Shown here: positions 1 to 5,845 of the stretch, in pieces
How positions within the stretch are numbered: the first letter of the stretch is position 1
Layout: each line of letters opens with the position of its first letter
DNA from: a virus
DNA length: 7,028 nt
Virus record (IMG/VR): IMGVR_UViG_3300022559_000024
Span: 1 to 7,028 of that record
Direction: 5' to 3' (one strand)
Position numbers and translations under genes: made by a program
Notes under the pieces: generated by a model
The model's input: the letters and a program-made list of their open reading frames with translations, nothing else
Databases searched by the model: none
What the model was told of the DNA's origin: nothing

Positions 1-2
1 CA

Positions 3-191
3 TTATGCGAAGCCTAGGATAACGACTACTGCGGCAATGGCCGCGAGAATCGCCAGGATGCCGACAAGGCTGAACACGTCAGGCGGCCCGCTGGGTCGTC
101 TTACAGGCTGGGGTTGAGCTTTGCTCGATTGTTGCGACTGGCGTTGCTGGCGGCGTTCCTCGCGGTACCAGTCGCGGTCATACATGCCCAT
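3..191 (-). CDS. Small tail-anchored membrane protein (62 aa), function unknown
   Basis: ATG at 189-191 is preceded by AGGAGG (reverse complement of 196-201, 4-nt spacer). The N-terminus is charged and Arg/Gln-rich (MGMYDRDWYREERRQQRQ). The C-terminus is a single hydrophobic helix (VFSLVGILAILAAIAAVVVILGF). The stop TAA (3-5, equivalent to 6954-6956) lies inside the dif-like arm. Confidence 0.6.
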   Translation of the reverse strand: MGMYDRDWYREERRQQRQSQQSSKAQPQPVRRPSGPPDVFSLVGILAILAAIAAVVVILGFA

Positions 192-208
192 GTGAGCCTC
201 CTGTCGTC

Positions 209-247
209 TAAGCGGGTCCCTCCCGCAAGCGGGAGCCCTCCCGCTTA
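209..247. repeat. Tandem imperfect direct repeat in which each copy is a GC-rich hairpin
   Basis: aagcgggtccctcccgc (210-226) is followed by aagcgggagccctcccgc (227-244). The second unit folds as aagcggga/tcccgctt (227-234 / 239-246) with loop gccc. An outer pairing taagcggg (209-216) / cccgctta (240-247) is also possible. The element lies between the stop of the 245..739 ORF and the RBS of ORF 3..191. Confidence 0.7.
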
Positions 248-739
248 GCCGCCAGTCTGCTTATCCGGGGTTTTGCCTGCAAGTGACACCTGAGGCAGCC
301 CGGCGACAACGTAGCCGACATCGAAGCCCTTGAACTCCAGGCTGATGACGGTCAGCGAGTGGTAAACGATGGTATAGCCGGCTTCCTCGAGGTCGCGAAA
401 ACTGACCTGACGGATCGGCTGGCCGTTCTGGCTGATCGTCACATAGCCATTGAGGTACGGCGTCGGGTGATCGTCACCAGGGCGAGTACGCTGCCCCTGC
501 TGGAGAGCGGCCAAATGCATCGTATAACCCTGATACGGGTGAATCAGCTGATCCGGGCCGCGAGGCTGTGCAACCTCGACAGGAGGCGCCTCAGGCTGCG
601 CCTGGATGACCTCGACAATCTGAGCCGGCGCAGGTGTAGCCTTGGGCGGCTGCTGGACCTTCTTGTCGTCGCGGGTGAGCTCGAAGTGACCAGCATGACG
701 AAGATGGCGGCGCAGATCGCAGCGCCCTTGAAAGGCCAA
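245..739 (-). pseudogene. C-terminal (periplasmic-type) part of the Zot/pI assembly protein, displaced into the -1 frame relative to the ATPase domain
   Basis: From about residue 18 onward the sequence looks protein-like: FELTRDDKKVQQPPKATPAPAQ (Pro-rich linker), then a beta-rich domain (GYVTISQNGQPIRQVSFRDLEEAGYTIVYHSLTVISLEFKGFDVGYVV). The first ~17 aa (TTG start) read as out-of-frame junk. This frame is open from 832 downward. There is no convincing independent RBS or ATG. Confidence 0.6.
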
Positions 740-1371
740 CGCTTCCAGAGCGGAACGATATCGTTGGCCATGGCTTCCAAGACTGCGCCGTTGCTCTTGG
801 TGTGCGACCTGTAGAGCGGAAAATACTTGCTCTCATATTCGCGAATCTGAGTGTTGACGACTTCGCCGCGCAGTCCGTCCTGAACTTTCCGAATGTACTT
901 TTCATTACTGCCGAAAGCGGTTGCTTTTTTGCAGCGGTAAACGACTTGCACCGCGTCGCGAATTGCCTGATTGATCTTGCCGTATGACTGAGTAATCAAC
1001 AGCACGTCAGCGCCTTCATGGCGATGTTCGGCAAACCACTCTTCAACGTTTACCGGGGTGCCAAGGCGCGGCAAGGATTTATGGCATTCGTCGATGATAT
1101 AGAGCGGGCCGAGTTCATCTTTGCCGCGCCAAGAGTCGCCGAAGTCTTCGACCCGGCTGAACGGATGATACAGCTTGCCTTCGAACTGATAGTTGCCGCG
1201 AATCTCGATGAGCTTGGTAGAGCCTGGAAAGAAGTGTTCCCACATATCCAAACGGAGCGGCAAGTTAGTAATAACCTTTCTGCCCTGCTCTACCACGGCC
1301 GGAATAACATGGAATGCGACGGACTCATACGACTTACCGCCACCCGGTTGACCCAGCAAAAGATTAATCAT
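544..1371 (-). CDS. zot: Zot / pI-type phage assembly P-loop ATPase. The N-terminal ATPase domain and TM helix look genuine to about 685; the tail is frame-shifted
   Basis: Walker A is GQPGGGKSY at the N-terminus (MINLLLGQPGGGKSYESV). Walker B is LYIIDECH. A TM segment PFKGAAICAAIFVMLVT follows. After that the frame becomes Arg/Ser-rich (SSSPATTRRSSSRPRLHLRRLRLSRSS), typical of a wrong reading frame. The gene sits after pVI with a 2-nt gap (TGAtcATG). Confidence 0.88.
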   Translation of the reverse strand: MINLLLGQPGGGKSYESVAFHVIPAVVEQGRKVITNLPLRLDMWEHFFPGSTKLIEIRGNYQFEGKLYHPFSRVEDFGDSWRGKDELGPLYIIDECHKSLPRLGTPVNVEEWFAEHRHEGADVLLITQSYGKINQAIRDAVQVVYRCKKATAFGSNEKYIRKVQDGLRGEVVNTQIREYESKYFPLYRSHTKSNGAVLEAMANDIVPLWKRWPFKGAAICAAIFVMLVTSSSPATTRRSSSRPRLHLRRLRLSRSSRRSLRRLLSRLHSLAARIS

Positions 1372-1373
1372 GA

Positions 1374-1712
1374 TCAGGACCCCCAGCGAACGAACGGGAT
1401 GGTTTGCAATAAGAAACGGATAACGAGGCCAGCAACAATAATGCTAAGAGCCTGGGGTATACCGATATAGCCGAGCATGTTAGCAACATCCGATGGAATC
1501 ATGCTGTAGTAAGTCTGCGGATTGAACGGAATAGCAATGGCATTCAAGGCGCTAATAGCAATGCCTAAACCGGCCTCAAACAACCAACACACTAAATCGG
1601 TGAGGATATTCCAGATATCGACAAATATTTGCTTGACGCAAAGAAGGAGCCATTTTGCGAAGTTAACGACCTTCGCCAAGATGGCGGTAAAGAACTGAAA
1701 GATGCCAGCCAT
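1374..1712 (-). CDS. pVI-like minor virion / membrane protein (112 aa)
   Basis: The protein is strongly hydrophobic with multiple TM segments. It lies between the pIII-like gene and zot, as in Ff, Pf and Xanthomonas-type inoviruses. The ATG is 1 nt after the pIII stop (TGAtATG) with a GGGGG upstream. Confidence 0.75.
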   Translation of the reverse strand: MAGIFQFFTAILAKVVNFAKWLLLCVKQIFVDIWNILTDLVCWLFEAGLGIAISALNAIAIPFNPQTYYSMIPSDVANMLGYIGIPQALSIIVAGLVIRFLLQTIPFVRWGS

Positions 1713-1713
1713 A

Positions 1714-3159
1714 TCAACCCCCGAAAGTGACTTTACGGAACGTAAATAGTGCAGTTACGAGCAGAATGATTTTTACGAAGTCCAGCACGTAACAGATGGA
1801 AGAGAACTGAATAGTGCCGTAGTTCGCCCAGGACGCGATATTAAAGCCAAGACCGAACGAAGGGCAGGAACCGGAGAAAGAAGGTACAAAGCCCTGGAGA
1901 AACTGCATAAACGCAGATTGATCTACATCCGCCCTCGCCTGCTGCCAGACGCCCTCGAGGCCGTCGGGATATTTCTGTTCGTAGAATGATGGAACTTCGG
2001 GAAAATCAGTATCGTCGAACGAATAATCGGAGCTGTCCTCTTCCTGGGTTGGAGTATCTTCGGGGCTGCCGTCAGTAGTTTCAGTTTCAGTTACTACGCC
2101 ATCAGTATTCTGCGTGGTTTTAGTGGTGGTGCTGTAGTTGTAATAATTCGGGCCGAAGTTGTACTCATAGCGATTTTGCGTAGTGGTGGTGGTCGTGGAC
2201 GTGGTGCCGTCAGGGTTGGTCTTCGTCGTAGTGGTGACCTGAGCGGGGCCGGTCTGACTTGAGGGGCCCTGGAGGTTGCCCCAGTCGGCCATATCCTCAT
2301 AACAGCTGGAGGGAGAAATAGAGCCCTCGCAAGAAGCACGAACCATATCGCGGACAAAATCGGAATCACGAACGGAGGCCCAATCTTCCATAGTAATCCA
2401 GTGGGAATCGGATGGATCGATGAAGGCTGTAGCAGTGCAAGAACCTGAGGCAGTATCGAACGTAGAGCCAGCTGGGCATGCGGCGCCCTGGCGATAAACG
2501 TAGTTGCTGGTATCCATCCAGTTGCCGGAAGTGGGGAAGTAGACCTCAAACCTGCAACCCCAACGGTTTGTGTCGATGTAGCCAGTGATCCGAATATTGC
2601 GCGTCTGGCTGGTGGGATAGTTGTTACTCCGGATGCCCTCACAAGTTGCCATCGCAGTGGGGTACTGAGTTGGCGAACCGCTGCGCGTCCAGTAGTAATC
2701 CCCTGGAGATGATGGAGGGATAGTAAGGGTTGTAGGAACCTTTACAGCTCCGTCCTCAATGACACCGTCGACGGCGCCAATAATGGCACTGGCAGCGGCT
2801 GAGGCGATAATGCCAGGAACACCGCCGCGCATACCAGAAACTACGGCTTTTGCAGCCTTCTTAGGATTAACAGTTATGGTCGGCTTAACAGGAACCTTCT
2901 GCTTAGCCTTGATATCGTCGCGAGTTGAACCGGTAGGGTTATCATTGGTCGTGAAGCGACTTCCTGCCGTATGCTCGTCTACATAGTCCTGACCGAAATA
3001 AGCGGCATCCCCACTAGGAGTCTGGAAAGAAGCACCACCCCCGTTAATAACAGATGCCTTAGACTGGCCGTGGTTAACAGTCTTTCGCGTTACTGCATAA
3101 GAGTCAGCGCAGAACAGCAGGATTAAGGCCGCTGCTGCATACCGATAATAAATGCCCAT
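1714..3159 (-). CDS. pIII-like adsorption / minor coat protein (481 aa)
   Basis: There is an N-terminal signal peptide (MGIYYRYAAAALILLFCADSYA), Cys-rich N-terminal domains and a Thr-rich linker (TTTTKTNPDGTTSTTTTTTQ...TTTKTTQNT). An acidic stretch follows, then a C-terminal hydrophobic anchor (FVKIILLVTALFTFRKV). It is the largest ORF and lies directly upstream of the pVI-like gene. Confidence 0.8.
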   Translation of the reverse strand: MGIYYRYAAAALILLFCADSYAVTRKTVNHGQSKASVINGGGASFQTPSGDAAYFGQDYVDEHTAGSRFTTNDNPTGSTRDDIKAKQKVPVKPTITVNPKKAAKAVVSGMRGGVPGIIASAAASAIIGAVDGVIEDGAVKVPTTLTIPPSSPGDYYWTRSGSPTQYPTAMATCEGIRSNNYPTSQTRNIRITGYIDTNRWGCRFEVYFPTSGNWMDTSNYVYRQGAACPAGSTFDTASGSCTATAFIDPSDSHWITMEDWASVRDSDFVRDMVRASCEGSISPSSCYEDMADWGNLQGPSSQTGPAQVTTTTKTNPDGTTSTTTTTTQNRYEYNFGPNYYNYSTTTKTTQNTDGVVTETETTDGSPEDTPTQEEDSSDYSFDDTDFPEVPSFYEQKYPDGLEGVWQQARADVDQSAFMQFLQGFVPSFSGSCPSFGLGFNIASWANYGTIQFSSICYVLDFVKIILLVTALFTFRKVTFGG

Positions 3160-3239
3160 CCGCCTATAACCCCGCCGAGAAAGACGAGCGAATAAGCCAG
3201 CATGGCTATATCCGCCGAAGTAATCGCTAGTTGTTCCAT
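3123..3239 (-). CDS. Possible 38-aa hydrophobic ORF (pVII/pIX-sized), below the ORF-track cutoff
   Basis: Hand translation gives MEQLAITSADIAMLAYSLVFLGGVIGGWAFIIGMQQRP followed by TAA. It overlaps the pIII start (ATG 3157-3159) out of frame. There is no Shine-Dalgarno; the ATG sits directly after the terminator T-run. Confidence 0.3.
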   Translation of the reverse strand: MEQLAITSADIAMLAYSLVFLGGVIGGWAFIIGMQQRP

Positions 3240-3240
3240 G

Positions 3241-3267
3241 AATAAAAAAGGGGCATTGCTGCCCCTT
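3241..3267 (-). terminator. Rho-independent terminator downstream of the coat gene
   Basis: The minus strand reads AAGGGGCA-gcaa-TGCCCCTT followed by TTTTATT (stem 3248-3255 / 3260-3267, loop 3256-3259). It lies 20 nt after the coat-gene stop. This is the same position as the strong terminator after gene VIII in Ff phages. Confidence 0.8.
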
Positions 3268-3287
3268 CCCTGCTATTGCGCGTGGCG

Positions 3288-3422
3288 TTAGGCCTTCTTG
3301 ACGCCGCGCTTGCCCAGGTCGATGCCCTTGAAGGCCATGGTGATACCGATAATTGCAACACCGGTAGCGCCGACCCAGGCGGCAACACTGGTGAAGTCAA
3401 CAGCAGCGAAAATCTCAGTCAT
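3288..3422 (-). CDS. Major coat protein candidate, 44 aa, apparently without a signal peptide (Pf3-like architecture)
   Basis: Sequence is MTEIFAAVDFTSVAAWVGATGVAIIGITMAFKGIDLGKRGVKKA: acidic N-terminus, hydrophobic core, Lys/Arg-rich C-terminus. The ATG at 3420-3422 has AGGGGA 6 nt upstream. The gene is followed by the terminator. Confidence 0.75.
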   Translation of the reverse strand: MTEIFAAVDFTSVAAWVGATGVAIIGITMAFKGIDLGKRGVKKA

Positions 3423-3435
3423 ATTGTTTCCCCTA

Positions 3436-3570
3436 TTACAGTTTTCGAATGACGCCAACAGCGACGCCGATTTTCCAGCCCATGGCCCAAGCTGCGACCG
3501 TGAGCATGAAAGCTGCGGTATACACGGCGATAACACCCTCTACCGTTAGTTCCGTGAGCGACTCAGGCAT
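3436..3570 (-). CDS. Second 44-aa coat-type small membrane protein (minor coat or coat paralogue), not in the ORF track
   Basis: Hand translation gives MPESLTELTVEGVIAVYTAAFMLTVAAWAMGWKIGVAVGVIRKL followed by TAA. The layout is again acidic N-terminus, hydrophobic core, basic C-terminus. GAGGG lies 8 nt upstream. The ATG abuts the stop of the preceding ORF (TAGATG). Confidence 0.6.
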   Translation of the reverse strand: MPESLTELTVEGVIAVYTAAFMLTVAAWAMGWKIGVAVGVIRKL

Positions 3571-3696
3571 CTAGTCGCCCTCTTGTTCCGAGTTGCAGAA
3601 CGCGCAAATAACTTGTCCGTCCTCGATCAATGCAAATTCGGCTTCATCGTCCTCGGAGTTGAACGATTCACCGCACTCGTCGCACTCGTAGTCCAT
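3571..3696 (-). CDS. 41-aa acidic Cys4 zinc-ribbon protein, not in the ORF track
   Basis: Hand translation gives MDYECDECGESFNSEDDEAEFALIEDGQVICAFCNSEQEGD followed by TAG, with CxxC...CxxC. AGGAGG lies 8 nt upstream. The ATG abuts the upstream stop (TAGATG). Confidence 0.6.
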   Translation of the reverse strand: MDYECDECGESFNSEDDEAEFALIEDGQVICAFCNSEQEGD

Positions 3697-3885
3697 CTAA
3701 GCGGCCTCCTGAGGTGGTGGCAGACCGAGATATTCGGCAGCGTCGGAAAAGCAGTCCGGGCAGACTGCGAAGTTGGGCGCCTTGCGCTGATCGACGAGCG
3801 CACCAGGGCGGACAACTTCACCGCCCAGGAGCTGCCCCATATCGTCGCCGCAGCAGTCGCAGAGAACGCGGTCGAGAACGATCAT
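3697..3885 (-). CDS. 62-aa Cys-rich zinc-ribbon-like protein
   Basis: Sequence is MIVLDRVLCDCCGDD...NFAVCPDCF. It shares CDxCG[DE] and VxCxxC motifs with the next ORF. GGAGGG lies 9 nt upstream of the ATG. Confidence 0.6.
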   Translation of the reverse strand: MIVLDRVLCDCCGDDMGQLLGGEVVRPGALVDQRKAPNFAVCPDCFSDAAEYLGLPPPQEAA

Positions 3886-3900
3886 GGCGGCGCCCTCCCC

Positions 3901-4197
3901 TTACTTCTGTTGAGCAGCCGCAGCGGCTACAGGAGCAACTGCGGCAGGCTTTTTACGGGCCTGGCGAGGATCGCAGTTGAAGACGAGGCGACCGTCTTTA
4001 ACTTCACCGGACAGCGGAACGATATATTCGCCCGGGGCGAGCACTTCGTTTTCTTTCTGGCAGTAGTAATCAAACTTCTGCGGAAAATCGACGCCAGGCA
4101 AAACAGCGAAAGCCTGCGCCATGGTATAGGAGTTGCCCTTGCTGGAAGTGCCGGAGCGATAAGTGCAGCTCGGAGTAACGATAATTTCAACTTGCAT
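3901..4197 (-). CDS. Gene V-like ssDNA-binding protein (98 aa from the internal ATG)
   Basis: MQVEIIVTPSCTYRSGTSSKGNSYTMAQAF...GEYIVPLSGEVKDGRLVF resembles the Ff gVp pattern (VEI..S....RSG.S..GK.Y...Q, then ..PG.Y.V.....). It lies after the rep module. GAGGG is 7 nt upstream of the ATG at 4195-4197. The track's longer 117-aa form uses a TTG with no RBS. Confidence 0.8.
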   Translation of the reverse strand: MQVEIIVTPSCTYRSGTSSKGNSYTMAQAFAVLPGVDFPQKFDYYCQKENEVLAPGEYIVPLSGEVKDGRLVFNCDPRQARKKPAAVAPVAAAAAQQK

Positions 4198-4263
4198 TGG
4201 TAGACCCTCTAGAGTTGCGGCGCTGGAACTTAAGCCAGCCTGGTTAATGCCCAACCGGGCAGA

Positions 4264-4497
4264 TTAATAACGCTCACCACAGTAGGGAGCTGACTTTGTG
4301 TTTTGAATGACTTTCCATTGGCGCTCTTTGTTAATTGCAACTTGAGCGTCAACAAGTTCGGCAGCTGTGCGAGATTCGACAGCCTTAGCCGTTTCCTCAA
4401 TGACACTGCCGTCGGTCTTCATCTGACGAATCTTTTCTTGCATTTGTGCCCTGGAGGAAACGGCGCCGCCAAAGTAACTATCAAACATGCTTTTCAT
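4264..4497 (-). CDS. Hypothetical 77-aa soluble protein translationally coupled to rep (positional analogue of RstB or gene X)
   Basis: Its ATG overlaps the rep stop (TAATG at 4495-4499). The composition is protein-like, with no TM segment and no motif I recognise. Confidence 0.55.
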   Translation of the reverse strand: MKSMFDSYFGGAVSSRAQMQEKIRQMKTDGSVIEETAKAVESRTAAELVDAQVAINKERQWKVIQNTKSAPYCGERY

Positions 4498-5534
4498 TAA
4501 CCGACCCGCCGAGTTGAGTGATGGACAAGACCCTTCTCGAAAAAGAACGAAGGAATTTTGGCGGGGACGGCTTCAATAACGCGGATCATAGGAATAACGT
4601 TACTGTCGTCGCGACGATCACAGCGAATATTGATATCAATACCGAAACCCATGAGAACATCACGGTGACGGTAATATGTGCCGTTGGGAATCATTTCGCG
4701 CAAGTCGTGACCTTGTTTCCAAAGGGCATAAGTGCCGCGAACCTTACTAGGAAGCTCAAGGAGCTGCTCGGAGTTGAGTTCTATTTGCTCTGACATATCA
4801 AGTTCCCCTATAAACTGGCGGTACAGAGCCCATAGAGCCGCCGGGGTAAGTGTTTTGGCCATTTCAAAGCCAAGTGCTTTAAGCTTCTTACTACGCAAAC
4901 GAAGCTCGACACGAAGCTTATTGTCGAGCCAGTCATAAATTTCAGTGAACTGATGCAGTTCCTCGGGCAGTCGGTGAGAGCCGCCAGCGTTAATTTCATC
5001 GGCCTTGCAATAACAAACGACAGACCAGTGTGAAGAACCCTTTCCGAAAGTAAGTGTGCCCCTGTTCGCAACAGGACGCCCATGGCGTGACTTACACTTG
5101 AATTCACCGGCGCGGAGCCAAGCACGAACATCTGCGCGGCTTGGAAGTTCGAACATACGGTTATAGTCAACCCGAGTTATTCGATACTCCCCTACCCTCA
5201 CCTTTCGAACTTCAAAATCATTCGGGGTCAAACCAAGAACAGCAACCAGGCGAGTAAAAGCATCGAAGACCAGGGCAAGCAGATCATCAGAGCCGACGAG
5301 GTTATGGCCCTGGAGCCACTTCGAAGGATTGCCATCGAGATACAGGTGGGTCGCATTGCCCTTGCCGTCGCCGCCTATGCTGCGGACATGGATCGTTGAT
5401 TCATGGGAACCGCGAACCAGCATTTTGCGAGGGGTAGACCAGGCCACAGAGCCGTCAGCCTCGACGCAAATGACCTCACCGCTCTGCAAGGGCGCGTGGT
5501 GAAGCTCAATGATGGCGGCTATCCAATCGATCAT
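4497..5534 (-). CDS. Rolling-circle replication initiation protein, filamentous-phage gene II/X (RstA-like) family (345 aa)
   Basis: The N-terminus MIDWIAAIIELHHAPLQSG..., the LDGNPSKWLQGHNLVGSDD block and a downstream CYCKADE (candidate catalytic Tyr-x-Lys) match my memory of gene II/X-family initiators. The gene heads the replication module and is divergent from a small regulator. Confidence 0.82.
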   Translation of the reverse strand: MIDWIAAIIELHHAPLQSGEVICVEADGSVAWSTPRKMLVRGSHESTIHVRSIGGDGKGNATHLYLDGNPSKWLQGHNLVGSDDLLALVFDAFTRLVAVLGLTPNDFEVRKVRVGEYRITRVDYNRMFELPSRADVRAWLRAGEFKCKSRHGRPVANRGTLTFGKGSSHWSVVCYCKADEINAGGSHRLPEELHQFTEIYDWLDNKLRVELRLRSKKLKALGFEMAKTLTPAALWALYRQFIGELDMSEQIELNSEQLLELPSKVRGTYALWKQGHDLREMIPNGTYYRHRDVLMGFGIDINIRCDRRDDSNVIPMIRVIEAVPAKIPSFFFEKGLVHHSTRRVG

Positions 5535-5552
5535 CTGGCTGTCCGTTTCAGC

Positions 5553-5600
5553 GTAACGCGTTACAGGTTCGGGGAACTTATACGCTGTTACGCGTTACAG
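5553..5600. promoter_or_regulatory. Two copies of a 14-bp box containing an ACGCGT palindrome: candidate operators and/or plus-strand origin
   Basis: gtaacgcgttacag (5553-5566; its first 12 bp are a perfect palindrome) and gttacgcgttacag (5587-5600) differ at 1 of 14 positions. Their starts are 34 bp apart. They lie between rep and the divergent ORF. Confidence 0.6.
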
Positions 5601-5605
5601 AGCAA
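5577..5605 (-). promoter_or_regulatory. Putative sigma70-type promoter for the rep operon
   Basis: The minus strand reads TTGCTC (reverse complement of 5600-5605), a 17-nt spacer, then TATAAG (reverse complement of 5577-5582). The spacer is almost entirely occupied by the second 14-bp box (which also overlaps the last base of the -35). The first box lies just downstream of the -10. Confidence 0.4.
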
Positions 5606-5644
5606 CACGTGACAAGATAACCACCACCAGAGGCACGACAGGAA

Positions 5645-5845
5645 ATGAGCAACGTGACCAAGCCCTACCGCGTCAGAGACGAATTCGTCGACGTGATCAA
5701 AGAGCGCCGAATCAACATGATCGTGGAGACCCGCGAAGACGTGGCAGAGGCCGATTTAGTCAACGCTGTGCTTTGGAAGCACCTGAAAGACCTGACAACC
5801 AAGGACGTGCTCGAGTACCGCGAGAAGGTGCTAGGGAAGGACTGA
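5645..5845 (+). CDS. Small (66 aa) ribbon-helix-helix-like putative transcriptional regulator; the only convincing plus-strand gene (RstR-like position)
   Basis: A beta-strand-like KPYRVR is followed by two helices (DEFVDVIKERR..., ADLVNAVLWKHLKD). AGGAA lies just upstream of the ATG. The gene is divergent from rep, with repeated palindromes in between. Confidence 0.55.
   Translation: MSNVTKPYRVRDEFVDVIKERRINMIVETREDVAEADLVNAVLWKHLKDLTTKDVLEYREKVLGKD

Noticed and set aside
359-1470. Plus-strand ORFs 359..814, 802..987 and 1018..1470, and minus-strand ORF 591..905
   Set aside because: They run antisense to, or out of frame with, the well-supported zot gene. They are Arg/Leu-rich, have no RBS, and are typical shadow ORFs in GC-rich coding DNA.
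2094-2986. ORFs 2094..2642 (-) and 2759..2986 (+) inside the pIII gene
   Set aside because: They are alternative-frame or antisense shadows of the 481-aa pIII-like ORF. Their composition is Pro/Arg/Ala-rich junk.
3288-3549. The 82-aa extended form of the coat ORF (3288..3536, GTG start) and the antisense ORF 3298..3549 (+)
   Set aside because: The extension overlaps the better-supported 44-aa ORF (3436..3570) in another frame. It reads as non-protein-like (MLSPCIPQLSCSRSQLGPWAGKS). The internal ATG at 3422 has a good RBS and gives a textbook coat protein.
3583-4254. ORFs 3583..4203 (+), 3627..3821 (-), 3714..3980 (+) and 3927..4190 (-), and the 117-aa TTG-initiated form of gene V (to 4254)
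   Set aside because: These are shadow frames over the gene V and zinc-ribbon genes. The 117-aa form adds an N-terminal extension with no RBS, whereas the ATG at 4197 has GAGGG upstream and starts at the conserved MQVEI.
4303-5612. ORFs 4303..4500 (+), 4518..4793 (+), 4732..4938 (+), 4808..5170 (-) and 5403..5612 (+)
   Set aside because: They are antisense or out of frame relative to rep and the coupled 77-aa ORF, and have no RBS or recognisable motifs.
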